Source: Rebecca billardiae RCC1528 | Taxonomy: Eukaryota; Protista; Haptophyta | Direction: 5' to 3' | Assembly: GCA_965240325.2 (NCBI GenBank) | Contig: OZ251225.1 | Location: 2,852,001 to 2,916,000, forward strand | DNA length: 64,000 bases | In this document: positions 42,802 through 55,083 of the stretch, piece by piece | Layout: every line of letters starts with the position of its first letter | How positions within the stretch are numbered: the stretch's first letter is position 1 | Made by a program: the position numbers and the translations under genes | Notes under the pieces: generated by a model | What the model saw: only the letters and a program-made list of their open reading frames with translations | Database searches by the model: none | What the model was told of the DNA's origin: nothing

Positions 42802-43563
42802 TTAGCCGGTGCGGAACGATGAGATCGCGAACGCGTCGTTGAAGAAGTTCATCACCGCCGGGTTGAGGTACAGTGGCTTGAAGAGCCAGGGCGTGAGCTG
42901 CGTGATCGGCGTCTTGGTGATCGCCTCCTCGATCACGTACGTCGTGACGGCGACCATCGCCAGCCTGCCGTTGTTGATCTCCTTCGCCTGCATGTCGCGG
43001 CGCGCGTCGCGCGACGCGCCACCGAGGATGTTGAGCGGGTCGAAGCCAAAGTCGCCGGGCAGCCACCACTCGCCCTGCTCTTCCTTGAGCTTGAGCGAGT
43101 AGAGATCGATCGCGCCGATCGCGACGAAGAAGGCGGCGAGCACGATCGGGATCGCACCCTGCTCGAGCCCGCCGTTCAGCACCGACGGCGTGCGGCCTGC
43201 CGTCTCTGTGAGCAGCAGCGGCTCGCGCAGCGTGCGCGAGAGCGCGGGGTTGAGGAGCTCCTGCACGGGCCACGCGAGGCCGGCGAGCATGGCGAGCCGG
43301 CCGTGGCGCAGCTCGGCCTCGCGGTAATCCCGGAGCACGAACGCCTGCGAGCGCTCCTTCTGGCTCGCCGAGCCAAGGTTGAGGTCAACCGCCGCGAGGT
43401 TGAGCGGGTCGAAGCCGTAGTCGGCGACCATCGTGCCATCGAGCGCCGGCGACTTTGATGCGGCCGTCGGCTGCGTCGGCGACTTGACCGCGGCCTTCGA
43501 CCGCGAGGGCGGCGGGTTGATCGGGTCGAGGAGCGCGAGCGACGCGGTGACGATGTGGAACAT
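42802..43563 (-). CDS. Light-harvesting complex protein, copy 3, 253 aa
   Basis: Same motifs; has a unique upstream region. Confidence 0.93.
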   Translation of the reverse strand: MFHIVTASLALLDPINPPPSRSKAAVKSPTQPTAASKSPALDGTMVADYGFDPLNLAAVDLNLGSASQKERSQAFVLRDYREAELRHGRLAMLAGLAWPVQELLNPALSRTLREPLLLTETAGRTPSVLNGGLEQGAIPIVLAAFFVAIGAIDLYSLKLKEEQGEWWLPGDFGFDPLNILGGASRDARRDMQAKEINNGRLAMVAVTTYVIEEAITKTPITQLTPWLFKPLYLNPAVMNFFNDAFAISSFRTG

Positions 43564-44744
43564 GACGGACGTGAGCGTGAGTGTGACAGGGTTGGTGGCT
43601 GCGGGTTCGCGTCTTCGCGAAGGCGCGAGACAACGACGACAGGCTTTGCCCAGCCCAGGACCGCCCGACGACCGCGATCGGCGATTCCTTTCTCCGATTC
43701 AACAAAGGTAAGAGGTTCAAGGTTCCATGCAAGAGTTTACGACTACATCAGACGAGTTCCAGAGTAGATCGCAATCTCATGAGAACATCTGGGGCCGGAG
43801 ATTTGAGAGCGGATCTGACGCGTCACGATGCACGCTCACCCTCCCCCTCCCCTCGGACGCAGCCCCGCAGCTCATCAGCAAAGGGCGAAACGGCTATATA
43901 AGACAGCGCCCAATGGGCACGACCCTGCGCACCGCGATGTACCCCCCCCCTCCCCCGCCGTCTCGGCACTCACACCAGCGCGTATCATGCGAGCACCACG
44001 AGCAGCGGGCCCGTGTCCACGAGCCCGGTAGCAGCAGATGGGCTGGGTAAGCGCGCGCAGCATCGAATTTCACAGCTGCGCAATCATGAGAGAATTTTTC
44101 AATCGATGCTTGTGTATTGTACGCCCCTGGCGGCTCGCAGTTGCTCGCTAAGACTCCTGTCGCAGCCTGTGAGTAGCAGTCGTCTGTCGTCACATCCGGG
44201 CAGGAGAATCGGAAAGTGCCCGCGCAGCCCGCACAGTAGGTAGGTCACAGGCAGTATTACGTCGACCTGCTGAACTTACCTAGTCATTACTACTTAGCAC
44301 TAACCGTTCGGACTTCGGAACCAGGACGACGCAGGACCGAATCGCTGTATCGACGACGGTCCTGACGGTCCGCGTCCGACTCAGCCTGAGCCGCGCTCAC
44401 CTACAGGCTACGGCTGCAGCCCGTCCGCGCTCGGAAGTGCCCAGACCGCACTATGACTTATGAGCTACTACGGCAATCGTGGCCGGCGACCTACTTGGAG
44501 CAAATGGGAATCCGCCCTTAATCGACTGAAATCCGGGCCCCGCCGTGGCATCACTCAGATGTCAACGCGGCCGCCGATATCAATCACATCAAACTCTCTC
44601 ACAGTCACGGTAATCGGTATTCTCACTGACGCCACGACCCGCACGACCGTACTCCGTAGGTCCGTACCGGAAGTACGAGTCGTATCAGGCTTGTTCGGTC
44701 ATTCTAAGACTAAATTATATATAGCGGTTAATCTATATAATTAT

Positions 44745-45077
44745 GAGGTGGACCTCACCCTCAAGAAGATCGCCAAGATGGGGCAGGACACGTGGCGCGC
44801 GCGCCTCAGCGCGCCCTCGCGCCCCGCCGCCGAGCGCGCGCTGCTCGGCACCATGCGGCGCGAGCTGGGCATGCGCTGCCTGCGTGGCCAGGCCAAGATG
44901 CTCATCGCCCGCGCGCGCATGGCGCACGTGCGCCCGGGGGCACGCGCCCGCGGGGGCGCTGCGTACGACGACTACTTCGAGACGACGGCTGACGACGCGT
45001 GGCACCGCGACCACCGCGGTGGCGCGCGCGCGTCGACGCCAGACTGTGCGTCGAGCTTCCGCTCGGCGATGGAGTGA
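44745..45077 (+). mobile_element. Probable 3' remnant of a non-LTR retrotransposon ORF (CRE-like, end of the restriction-like endonuclease region)
   Basis: Abrupt switch from AT-rich DNA to GC3-rich codons. EVDLTLKKIA...LLGTMRRELGMRCLRGQAKMLIAR resembles the helical RxxLxxxxxRxxAxxLxxR tail of CRE-clade ORFs. No reverse transcriptase domain is present. Confidence 0.45.
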
Positions 45078-45090
45078 TGGGCGACTACGA

Positions 45091-45108
45091 GGGGGGGGGG
45101 GGGGGGGG
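45091..45108 (+). repeat. G18 homopolymer
   Basis: 18 consecutive G. Confidence 0.95.
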
Positions 45109-45180
45109 ACGACGACGGCGAGGAGCGCTGATCCTGGTCGGTTTGTCTCTGCTGCTCGATCTGCTGCTACAGCTTGCTGA

Positions 45181-45266
45181 CTGAGACTCTGACGCCTGCC
45201 CGTTGCATACCACGTCGTTAATATATATTTAACGACGTGGCAGCATCGGACAAGCGTCAGGCTCAG
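45181..45266 (-). other. ~86-bp imperfect palindrome/hairpin with an AT-only loop
   Basis: Perfect 12-bp core CCACGTCGTTAA (45210-45221) / TTAACGACGTGG (45229-45240), loop TATATAT; arms extend to CTGAG...CTCAG. Confidence 0.85.
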
Positions 45267-45817
45267 AGTGCAACAGACACATAGAATGCGTCCGCGCCTT
45301 CCGTCCAGGTCAGACAGTGCGCCACCCGCAGCCCTGCCCCCTTATGCCCGGCGCCTACGGCTCACGGGTCCACACTCACTCACGGTCCCGGAGCGGGCGG
45401 CCGGGATGGAGCACATGGTATAGAATTCAGCTGTACGATACATAGCTTAATTCGCCGTGATGTGTCACTACTGATGACTAGCTGAGTGCCGAGTGAGAGC
45501 TTGTACACTGTCCGGTAAACTCGCTCGACACCCAGACAGCGACACCCGTACCGCGCCACCGGCGAACCGTCGTCCCCGGTTCGCCCCTCTGAAATCTGAA
45601 TCTGTTCTGATGTCGCAGGTGTCACCTGCGAAGAGAGGGAACGCCTTGACCACATGCGCACGACGTCGTCCCCGACTGACGTCGACTGCGCGTGCCCCAG
45701 TGGAGCTCGTGCGCACTCCGCCCCGGCCAGGACCGCTGTGCGCCGAGCGCCCACCGCGAACGGCCGTTCCACGCCGGGCCAGCCACGGAGTGGACCCGCG
45801 GAGGCGACGACAGGGCC

Positions 45818-46621
45818 TCATTGCAAGCCTGCGTAGGGCCTCCTCTCGGCGGCGAGCACGGTGTGAATGTCAAGCGGCGATGCCTCGATCCCGGGCACGA
45901 TGTGCCGCATGGCGTGTGGCAGTTGTTGACTTGCGTACGCCATTGTCGCATCCACCTCGCTGAGGACGAAGGGCGGCAGCGCCGTGGCGACGTTCGCTCG
46001 TCGAACAGGTCGGCCCACACCAGCACGGACGAGCAGGCGCGTGCATCGCGCGGCTGTGGCGGGCGTGCTAGCCTCGAAGCGTCGTGGCAACCTCGGCGCG
46101 ACGGAGGTCATTTCTGCACAAGGCGTGTGTGAAATGTGAATCAGTGAATCGTCGCTGATAGCGAGGCCGAGCCCGCCTATCATAGCCACAGTCGGTAAGA
46201 TGCGCCGAGATTTGCTCGAGATGGGGATCAGGCCGCGCACGCATGATCGGATCGGCTCCTTCTCCGTGATGAAGTCGCGAACCTCGCGATATGTGTGGGT
46301 GATTCGCAGATGACGCGGGAGTACGACCTCGACTGCCGCCCCCTTCCGCGCGCAACGCGCGCGTGGGCGACTATTGCCGCGAAGCTTTACGACGACGTTC
46401 GGATGCACAAGCTAAATGAAGATCCAGCGAGAATCTTGCAGGCTTCTGATCGCCAGCTTCAAGGCGACGGGTGCCCACTGGGCGTTTTGCGCGCTCCACA
46501 AGTGCTTGCCCAACGGCACCTGACGGAACGGCGTGCGTGCGAATGTGTGCACGTGAGAACGCGCGGGCAAGTGGGCCAATCGCTGTGCGGCCTCGGCCCG
46601 CTCGGCTCCCAACCAACCCAA
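45818..46621 (-). pseudogene. Degenerate lower-GC coding remnant, possibly protein-kinase-derived
   Basis: ORFs 46621-46412 and 46408-45818 share one frame separated by a single stop. PVALKL...LVHPNVVVKLRG resembles kinase subdomains II-IV. No HRD or DFG motif is recognisable. Confidence 0.25.
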
Positions 46622-47627
46622 GCACGCCGAGCAAACGGTCAGCCGCGCGGCAAGCGCTTCGTGCGGCCGGCCTTCTCAGCAGTGATCACAGCTCTGACCG
46701 CGCATGAATTCCGCGCGCGCCCCACGTCCGCCGCGTCGTCACGTGCCTAATGGCTCGACGGAGGCTCCGACTAGCCGGGCGGCGCGGACGCTCCTCGTTC
46801 GCACGGCATTCCGTCGCGTACCGCACGGCCGCTCCGACCGGCGCGGCTTCGTGCTGCGCGAGACGGACGTGACGGAAGTCACGACTAGAAGCGCCGAACT
46901 ATGATGCCGCCGAAGTGCGCGCACTCGTCTGGCGGCCGCCTCCTGCCCGTGGCGATGGGCGGACGCCCGGGGGCGAGGGAATGTCTCACGCCACCGAGAC
47001 TAGATGCGCCCGCGGGCAGCACGCACGGCGCTGGCAAGACGCCAGGTGCGCCCGCCGACCACACATTCTGCTCCGCGCTGGCTTCATCGGCCGGCACGCG
47101 CTGGACGCACCTCGTCGATGAAACAAGCGCGTCAACGGCGCACGAGCGCTTGCCTGTACACACCCATCAGCGATCTTCGGCATGTACGCCGCGGGGATCC
47201 ATGCACACCCAGTGGCTTTTCTGTTCTCTGATCTGATGCGGACCCGGCAGCCCGCCGGAGGCCACTCAACTCGACAACTCGGACAACTGTGACCCAATCG
47301 GCCAATCGCGGGCCGACGGGGCCGCACTCCCGCAGCCTCACGAGTCACGGACTCCGATGACTCTCTCTCTCTCTATAGCCTGCGCTTTAGTAGCAGTAGA
47401 TACAGTAGCAAGCTACAACAGTCGTCTGCCAAAGGACAGCTATGCTAAATAAAGCTGCGTTCAGCACGACTTCATAGCTGCTAGTCTGGATCCGTGCTGG
47501 CGCAGCTGCCAGTGAGCTGGGCGCCTGGCACCGTGCTCGAGCGCGGAGCTAGCAGATGACGAAGAGGCGCCTGCTGCGGGGAGGCTGCAGGCGGGGCGGC
47601 GACGCGCCCATCGGCGGCCACGCATGA

Positions 47628-49631
47628 TCAGATGGGCTCGGCCGCGAACGAGCCGCCCTGGCTGTGCTGCTCGGTCGCGGAGCGGCCGTCTGTGTCCAGG
47701 TCCGCCGGCCGCGGCGGTGCGCGGCGGTGCGCGCGGCGGTGCGTGTGCGCGCGCGAGGTGGCCGAGGTCTGGCCGTGCGCGGCGCGCGGCGCGCGGCGCG
47801 CGGCGCCGCCGGCGCCGCCCGTCCACGGCGCCTCCTCCGCGCCGGGCCCGCTCCCGTCCGGCAGCAGCACGGGCAGCGAGCTCGCGCCGAACGTGCTGCC
47901 GTCGTCGATGCGCGTCGTGCCGTCCCAGAACGCGAGCCGCGCGCTGATCGAGCCGACCGCGCGCACGCCGTCGTCGGCGCCGTCGGCGCCGTCGGCGTCG
48001 GGCTCGGGCCCGTCGCGCGCCGCGGCCGCGGCCGCGCCCGGCCCGCCGCGCCCGGCCGGCGCGGGCACCATCGCCGCCGTCTGCCGCGCGAACAGCCGCG
48101 AGAAGAAGCGCACGACGCGCCAGCGCGCGGTGCGCGCGGGCTCGGCCGGCGCGGCGCGCCCGCCCGCGCGCGCGCGCGCCATGGCGGCCGCGGGCTGCGG
48201 CGGCCGCAGCAGTTCGAGTTTCACCGGCGCGCCGATCAGCGCGCTCAGTCCCGCCTCGTCGTGCGCGTCGAAGGCGATCCGCACGTGCGCGACGCCCGCC
48301 GAGCCGAGCCCGTCGGGCGCGGCGCTGTCGCCCGCGCCCGCCGCGTCGGCGGAGGAGGCGAGGGAGGAGCGGCGTGCGCGCCGCGTCTCGACCTTTGCCT
48401 TGGCGGTCGGCGGTAGAGCGAGCGGGAGCGCCGCCTCATAGACCGCGCCTCGCGCCCACGCGGCCGCGCACGCGCCGAGCGAGAGCTCCGCCTCGCCCAT
48501 CATCGCGTCCGCGCCGCCGTCGTCGTCCCACACGGTGAGTCGCAGCAGCGCGCGCGCGGGCGCGCGCCACGGCAGCACGAACGCTTCGTTCCAGACGGGC
48601 TCGAGCGAGTTCCAGACAACCGACGTGCGGCGCACGGCGCGCGGCGGCCTGGTGCCGCCCTCGGCCGCGGCGGCGGCCGCCGTCTCGAAGAACTCGAGGC
48701 ACGCGAACGGGTCCGAGACGCCGACCATGTCCGAGTTGCGCAGGCCGTGCGCCGAGACCACCGCGATCGCGAGGAGCCCGCTCGGCGCGCGCGTGCGCTC
48801 CCACAGCGCGCGCGCGACGAGCAGCCTCCGCCGGTGCGCTTGGATTGTTGCAGCGGCCACCCAGCGGCGCGCGGCCATCGCAGCCTCGCTGCGGCCGCGC
48901 GTGCCGCGCTGCCGCCGCGCGCGCAGCCGGCTCCCAGAGTCCGGGGCGGGGCTGAGCGCTGCGCCGTCGTCGGCGTCGGCGTCGGCGTCGGCGTCGTCTG
49001 CGCTCGCGCGAGCTGCCTCGAGCGACCCGCCGCCGCCGCCATCGCCGTCGGCGGCGGCGGCGGTGGCGGCGGCGGCGGCGGCGGCGCGCGGCGGCGGCGC
49101 GGGCGCGCGCGCGCGGCGCGGCGGCGTGGGCGGCGGCTGGGCAGCGCCCGCCACAGCGCCAGCCTCGGCGCCGCCCGCCGAGCCTGCCGGCTCCGCCGGC
49201 TCGGCCAGCGGCGGCTGCGGCACCGGCCGCGCGATCGGCTCTGGCGTCGTCGCCTCCCCCTCCGCCTCCGAGCCCGCCTCCGCCTCCGCTGCCGACGACG
49301 CGGCGGCGGCGGCGGATTCGGTGGCGGCGGCGCGTGTGCTCTGGAGGGCTTCGCGCGCCGCCGCCGACCGCAGCGCGGGCGCGGGCGCCTCCGCCGCCCC
49401 CTCCGGCCGCAGCGCCGACACTGCGTGGACCACGAGAGGCTCAGGCGTGCGCGGCGCCGCGCCCTCCGCCGCCTCCGCGCTCGCGCCCGCGCGCCCCGGC
49501 CGCGGCAAGGCCAGAGCCGCTGTCGCCATGGACTTTGCCTCAGCCCCCGCGGCGGCGGCGGCGTGGGCGTGGGCGTGGGCGTGGGCGTGGGCGTGGGCGT
49601 GGGCGTGGGCGTGGGCGTGGGCGTGGGCGTG

Positions 49632-49663
<32 letters not shown>

Positions 49664-52600
49664 TGTCGGCTTCGTCGGCAGAGGAGGCGGCGGAGGGCGG
49701 GCCGCTCTGCGCGCTCTGCCAGCCCCCCGCGCCGCCGTCGGTGCCCGACGCGCTCATCGAGCCGCCGCCATCCGAGTCGGACGCCCGCGAGCGGCGTGGC
49801 GCGCGGCGCGCCGCGCCGTGCGCGCGCGCGCCGGGCGAGCCGTGCTCATACGCCGCGTGCGCGCAGCGCGCGTCGACGGAGGGCGCGAGCGCGGCGCGCG
49901 CGGGCGGCGGCGCCCCACCGCCCGCGCCTCGCCCCGCCTCCGCCTCCTCATGCTCGTCGCTGAACCAGCCGCCGCTCTCTTCTCCCAAGGACGCCTCTGA
50001 GCCGCTGCGCGCGCGGCCCGCGCCATCGCCGCCTCGACCACGGCCGCCACCGCCGTCGCCGCTGCCGCCATCGCCGCAGAGCGGGCCAGCGTCTCGCGCG
50101 CTGAGCTCGCCAGCGGAGAGGTGAGGCATGAGGAAGGGCGCGACGAGACCGGCGGCGTGCGGTCCCTCCGCGCCCGCGCCGCGCCCCGCGTCCGGCGGCC
50201 AAGGCAGCTCGCACGACCCGCCGCCGTGCGCGCCGGTGCGGGCCGCGCCGGCCGCGCGCGGCGCCGCAAGCGGGCTGGTTGGCACGTGCACCATGGGAGG
50301 AGGAGGTGCCTTTGTCGGCGTGGCAGGGCTGCTGCCGCCGCCGCCGTCCGCGGCCGCGGCACCACCGGCCGTGTCGAACCTGCGCACGCGCAGCGCGAGC
50401 GCGCTGCCGCCGTGCGCGCCGCGCGCCGCGCCGCCGAGCGCTCCGCTCGAGCGGCGCGGCGCGGCGGCCGCGGCGGCGTCGTCGTCAGCGTCCGCCGCGG
50501 CCTCGACAATCGAGCCGCAGTTGTTGGCTCCGCCGCGCAGTCCGCCGCGCGGAGCGGGCGCCGGGCGTCCGAGCGGGGAGGAGGCGGCGGTGATCGTCGC
50601 TGCGGTGAGCCGGCCGAGCTGCGGCGCGCCGTACGCCGACGGCTGCTCAGCGCCGTGCGCGCGTGGTGCTGCGCACGCCGCGCCGCCGCGCGCGCCCGCC
50701 GCAGCGGCGGCGGCGGCGGCCCCTGCGGCGGCGGCGGCGCACGCACTGTCCGCGCCCGCGGCGGCGGCGGCATCGACGTGCAGCCAGCCCGCGCCCGGCG
50801 CGCCCGGCGGCGCGGCGCCCCCCGGCGCGTGCGCGCGCGCCGCCGCCGCGCCGCCGAGCGCCGCCGCCGCCGCGAGCGTGTGCGCGCTCTCCGCCGCGCC
50901 GCGCGCCGCGCGCAGCAACGCCAGGCTGCCGCCGCGCGCGCGGTATGGTCGCGAGGTGCGAAGTACGAGCGCGCGCTCGGCGGCGGGCGTGGGCGACAGT
51001 TCGCGCAGACGCCACATGGGTAGCTCGACCGAGCCGACGAAGAGGCGGTCGGCGGCCGCCGCGCGCCGCCCGTCCTTCTGCCCGAGCAGCCGGCGCGCGC
51101 CGTGCGCGGCGGCGGCGCGCGCGCGCACTGGGCTGGGCCGCGCGCGCCCGCCGGCCGGCGCGTCCGCTGCCGCGTCGGGCGGCGCGCCGCCCGGCGCGCC
51201 GCCGTCCGCGGCCGCGCCCGGCGGGTCGGGCGTGTAGTAGGCGCGCAGCGAGAGCGTGGACGCCATCGAGAGCACGCGCGCGTGCAGCACCTCGCACAGC
51301 CCGCGCTCCGCCGGCCAGCGGATCGGCCGCGTCGCCCCCCACTGCTGGCCTGCGCGAGCGGCGCGCAGCGCGGCGGCGCGCCCGGCGCGTGTGTCGGCGC
51401 GCGCGCGCGCGCGCGCACGCGCGCGCCCGCGCCCGCACAAGGTCCGGGGCGCTTGGCGCGCGTGCGTGCGCGCGCACCGCCCGTGTGCAGCTCGAGCTCG
51501 AGCGTGCCGGGGAGTGTCGCGGAGGGCGGCAGCTCGAGGCCGTGCAGCCGCTCCAGCACCAGCTGCACCATCACCACCTGAGGCAGGCGGCAGGCAGGCA
51601 GCAGGCAGGCGGCAGGCGGCAGGCAGGCGGCAGGCGGCAGGCAGGCGGCAGCAGCAGGCGGCAGGCGGCAAGGCAGGCAGGCAGGCCGCAGGCGGCGGGG
51701 GCGGCGGCAGGCGGCGGGGGCGGCAGCAGGCAGGCGGCAGCAGCAGGCGGCAGGCGGAGGCACAGGGAGGCAGGCGGCAGAGGCAGCGCGGGGCCATCAG
51801 CCGGCGGCGTGCACGCACGCACGCACGCGTGCAAAGCCGCCGCCGCCTCCGCGCGCCGCCGCGCGCCACCGGCGGCGCCTCGCGCGCGCGTGCGCTTACC
51901 ATGCAATCCGACAGAGGCCTGAGAACCGCCCTGTAGGCAAGCGGCCTCGGCGCGCGCACCGCCGCCTCCGCCCAGCGCGCCTGCCTGCGCGCCGTCTGCG
52001 CCGCGTTGAGCTGGAGGCGGTGCGTCGTCTGGTCGATCGAGGTGAGCACGGCGGAGGCGGCGCCGAGCGTCCCAGCAAGTGGCGACAGAACGAGGCTGCG
52101 CGCAGCGGCGGGCGCGCGCGCGGCGGCGTGCGCGCGTGCGCGTGCGCGCGCGTGGCGTGAGCGCGCGCGCGCGCGCCGGCGGCGCGGCCCGCCCTCAGCC
52201 CTCGCGCGCGGCGCGCCCGCGCCCGCGCACGGCCCGCGCGCACACCCGGTCACCCCGAAGACCGTGCCCCTAGCAAACGCGCGACAGCTCCGCTCCTCCA
52301 TCCCGCGGTACGGCCGCGCGAGAAGATTCCGGAAGCCGACGTAGACGGACCCTACCAGCACGCGCCCGCCGAGGAAGACGCCCTCGCCGACGTGGGAGGG
52401 CGGGCCGGGGACCGCGCCGCCGAGGAAGAGGAGCGACGACGGCGGCAGCCCGCCCGCGAGCTCCCATGCCACGCGCTCGAGCGAGCCTGTCAGCTTGGCG
52501 CCCGATGACGCAAGGCCGCCGACAATGGCGTGGATCGCCTCTGCGACGCCTTCGCCGAGTCCCTGCGCGTCGCCCGTCGCGACGAAGCCCTCCGACGCGT

Positions 52601-53738
52601 CGCGCAGCCGGCTGAGCCCGCGCCCGACGCGCACGGCGAGGCCGAGCGGGTCGCCGAGCATGTCCGAGTACCCGAGCACGCGCGGCGCCTGGTACGCCGC
52701 CTGCCGCCCGAACTCTGCCGCGACGGCCGACACAAGCTCGCCGGGTGTCGTCAGCAGGTGGTGGGATTGGGCCTCGGGGTAGCGGAAGCGGAGGGAGGCG
52801 TCGGAGATCGAGGCGAAGTTGGCGATGGTGGCGGTGATGAAGCCGACGAAGCGGCGCAGCAGCCGCTCCGCGTGCCCGCCCGACGAGCGGTCCACCGCCT
52901 GCAGCATCTGCAGCACCGCCACTTCCCACAGATCCGCCAGCGTCACACTCAGAGTCAGACGAACGTCCGCGATCGCGAGCCGCCCGATGTAGCTCGGCGT
53001 GGCGCCGGAGGAGACGACGTCGGCGGGGAGGCGGAGCTCGCCGCCCTCGGCGTACGCGCCGCCGCCGCCGGCGAGCGTCGACGGCGCGCGCAGCAGCGGC
53101 GGCGGCGGCGCGGCGGCCGGCGGCGGCGGCGAGAGCGGCGGCGGCGACGCGGCCGCGCTGCGGCCAGCCTCGGCGGCCGCGGCCGCGGCCGCGCCGCCGC
53201 CCGCCCGCCCGCCGCCGCCGGCAGAGCCGGCACTGCCGCGGCGCTCGGCGCCCGCGCCGCCGTCCGCCGCGGGCGCGCCGCTCGCCGCCGCGCCCGCGCC
53301 GCCGCCCGCGCCGCGCGCGCCGCACCCCACGCCGAGCACTGCCTCGGCGTGCGCGCGCGCGCCGCCCACGCGCGGCCGCGGCGGCGCGCGCGCGCCGGCC
53401 GCGTGCCGCTCGGCCGCGCGCGCCGACTCCTCCTTGAGCTCGCGCACGAGGAGGAGCGCCTCGCGCACGACGCGCGCGAGCGAGACCACCGCCAGCCGGA
53501 TCGTCAGCGGCTGCACCTCGAGGCTCACGTCGCGGTACAGCGCGCGGCCGCCGCGGCGCAGCGCGAAGCGGAGGAACGGTGGCGGCGCGGCCGCCGCGCT
53601 GAGTTGAGCCGCGGACTGCGGCGCCGGCGCGAGCAGCAGGCAGTCGCGGGGCGAGAGGCCGGAGCCGCCCACGCCGCCGCCCTCGGGCTCCGCGGGGCCG
53701 TGCAGCGCGTACAGCACGCTGCCGCGCGCGCCCACGCT

Positions 53739-53790
<52 letters not shown>

Positions 53791-55052
53791 AGCGCGCCGA
53801 GCCCGGCGCGCGCCGACGCGGCCGCGGCGCCGCCGCCCGCGCGCGCGGCGCCCGCCGCGGCGGCCGAGGCACGCGCGAGGTAGCACGCCGCCACGCCCGC
53901 CGCCGCGCCCCCGCCGCCCGCGCCGATCGCCGCCGCCGCCGCCGCCGCGGGCGAGAGCACGCCGCCCAAGCCATCGGGCCCGGAGGCGGCGCCGCCGCCG
54001 CCCAGCTGCGCACCCGTGTTGGCCGCGCCGTCCGCGTCCGCGGCGGCGGCGACGAAGGCGGCGGCGGCGTCGGCGTCGGCGCCGCCCGCGGAGAGCATCA
54101 GGTCCTGCAGCTGCAGGTGCTCCACCGCCGCGCCGAACTCGAGCTCGCGCTCGGGCAGCGCGTGCAGCCGCGCGCTCACACCGTGCGCGCTCAGCGCAAG
54201 CAGCTCCCGAGGGCCGTCGCCCAGAATGCACAGCTGAAGGCCAAGGAGCCGAAGCTCGAGGACGCGCGGCGGCGGGCGCGGCGCGAGCGAGGCGCGGCGC
54301 GAGCCCACGCCGCCGCCGCCGCCGCCGCCCGCGCCCAGCTCGGACGGCGCCGGGTGCGCGGGCGCGTGCGCGTGCGGCGCGCCGCCGCGCGGCGGCGCGG
54401 ACGCGGCGCGCGCCGCGCCGCCGCCGCCGGCCGCGGGCGCGTCGAGCGCCGCCGCCACCTTGGTGCTCGAGCCGGCGGCGCCGCCGGGGCGGATGGCGCC
54501 GATGAGCGCGCGCGGCGAGCGCAGCCGGTGCGGCAGCGCGCCCGTGCCGAGCACGTCTGGCGGCGAGGGCAGCAGCGTGAACACGAACGACGAGTCTTGG
54601 ATCTGCGCCTGTGCCCACAGCCGCATGCCGGGCCCGCCGTCGACCTTGCGGTGTACGGACGGCGTGAGCTCCTTGAGATCGAAGGTCTGGCAGACGGCGA
54701 GCGGCGAGCCGACGAGGCCGACGCGCACGCGGAAGTTGGACGACGAGCCGCCGCCGCCGCCCTCGCCGCCGCCCGCCTCGGCGGGTGACGAGTCCGCCGT
54801 GTGTGCCGGCAGCGGCGGCGTCAGCAGCGCACTCTCGCCGGCGGGGAGCACTAGATGCTGGCTGCATGGTCCGTCCGGCGGCGCGCGGAGCCACACGTCG
54901 AGGGCGGATCGGTTGACGACGACGAACGGCGGCTTCGACGTCGAGTCCGTGAGCACGATGAACACCGTCGAGCGCCGCGGCGCAACGCGGCAGCGCAGCA
55001 CCGTCGCCGGCCGCGCGCCGCCGCCGCCAAACCCGCCGCCGCCACCGTGCGC

Positions 55053-55083
<31 letters not shown>

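Larger units (their letters stand above)
39330..43586. repeat. Tandem array of ~1.69-kb units carrying three LHC genes
   Basis: Stop codons lie 1686 and 1695 bp apart. Upstream ~0.67 kb is shared by copies 1 and 2; the 3' flank is nearly identical in copies 2 and 3. Confidence 0.92.

Noticed and set aside
44242-44268. CAGTATTAC (44252-44260), a circovirus-like nonanucleotide
   Set aside because: It has only a weak 5-bp stem (AGGTC/GACCT), lies 15 kb from the Rep, and sits in AT-richer intergenic DNA; likely chance.
44460-44744. N-terminal half of the 205-aa ORF
   Set aside because: AT-rich, non-host codon usage; a chance open frame leading into the retroelement-like remnant.
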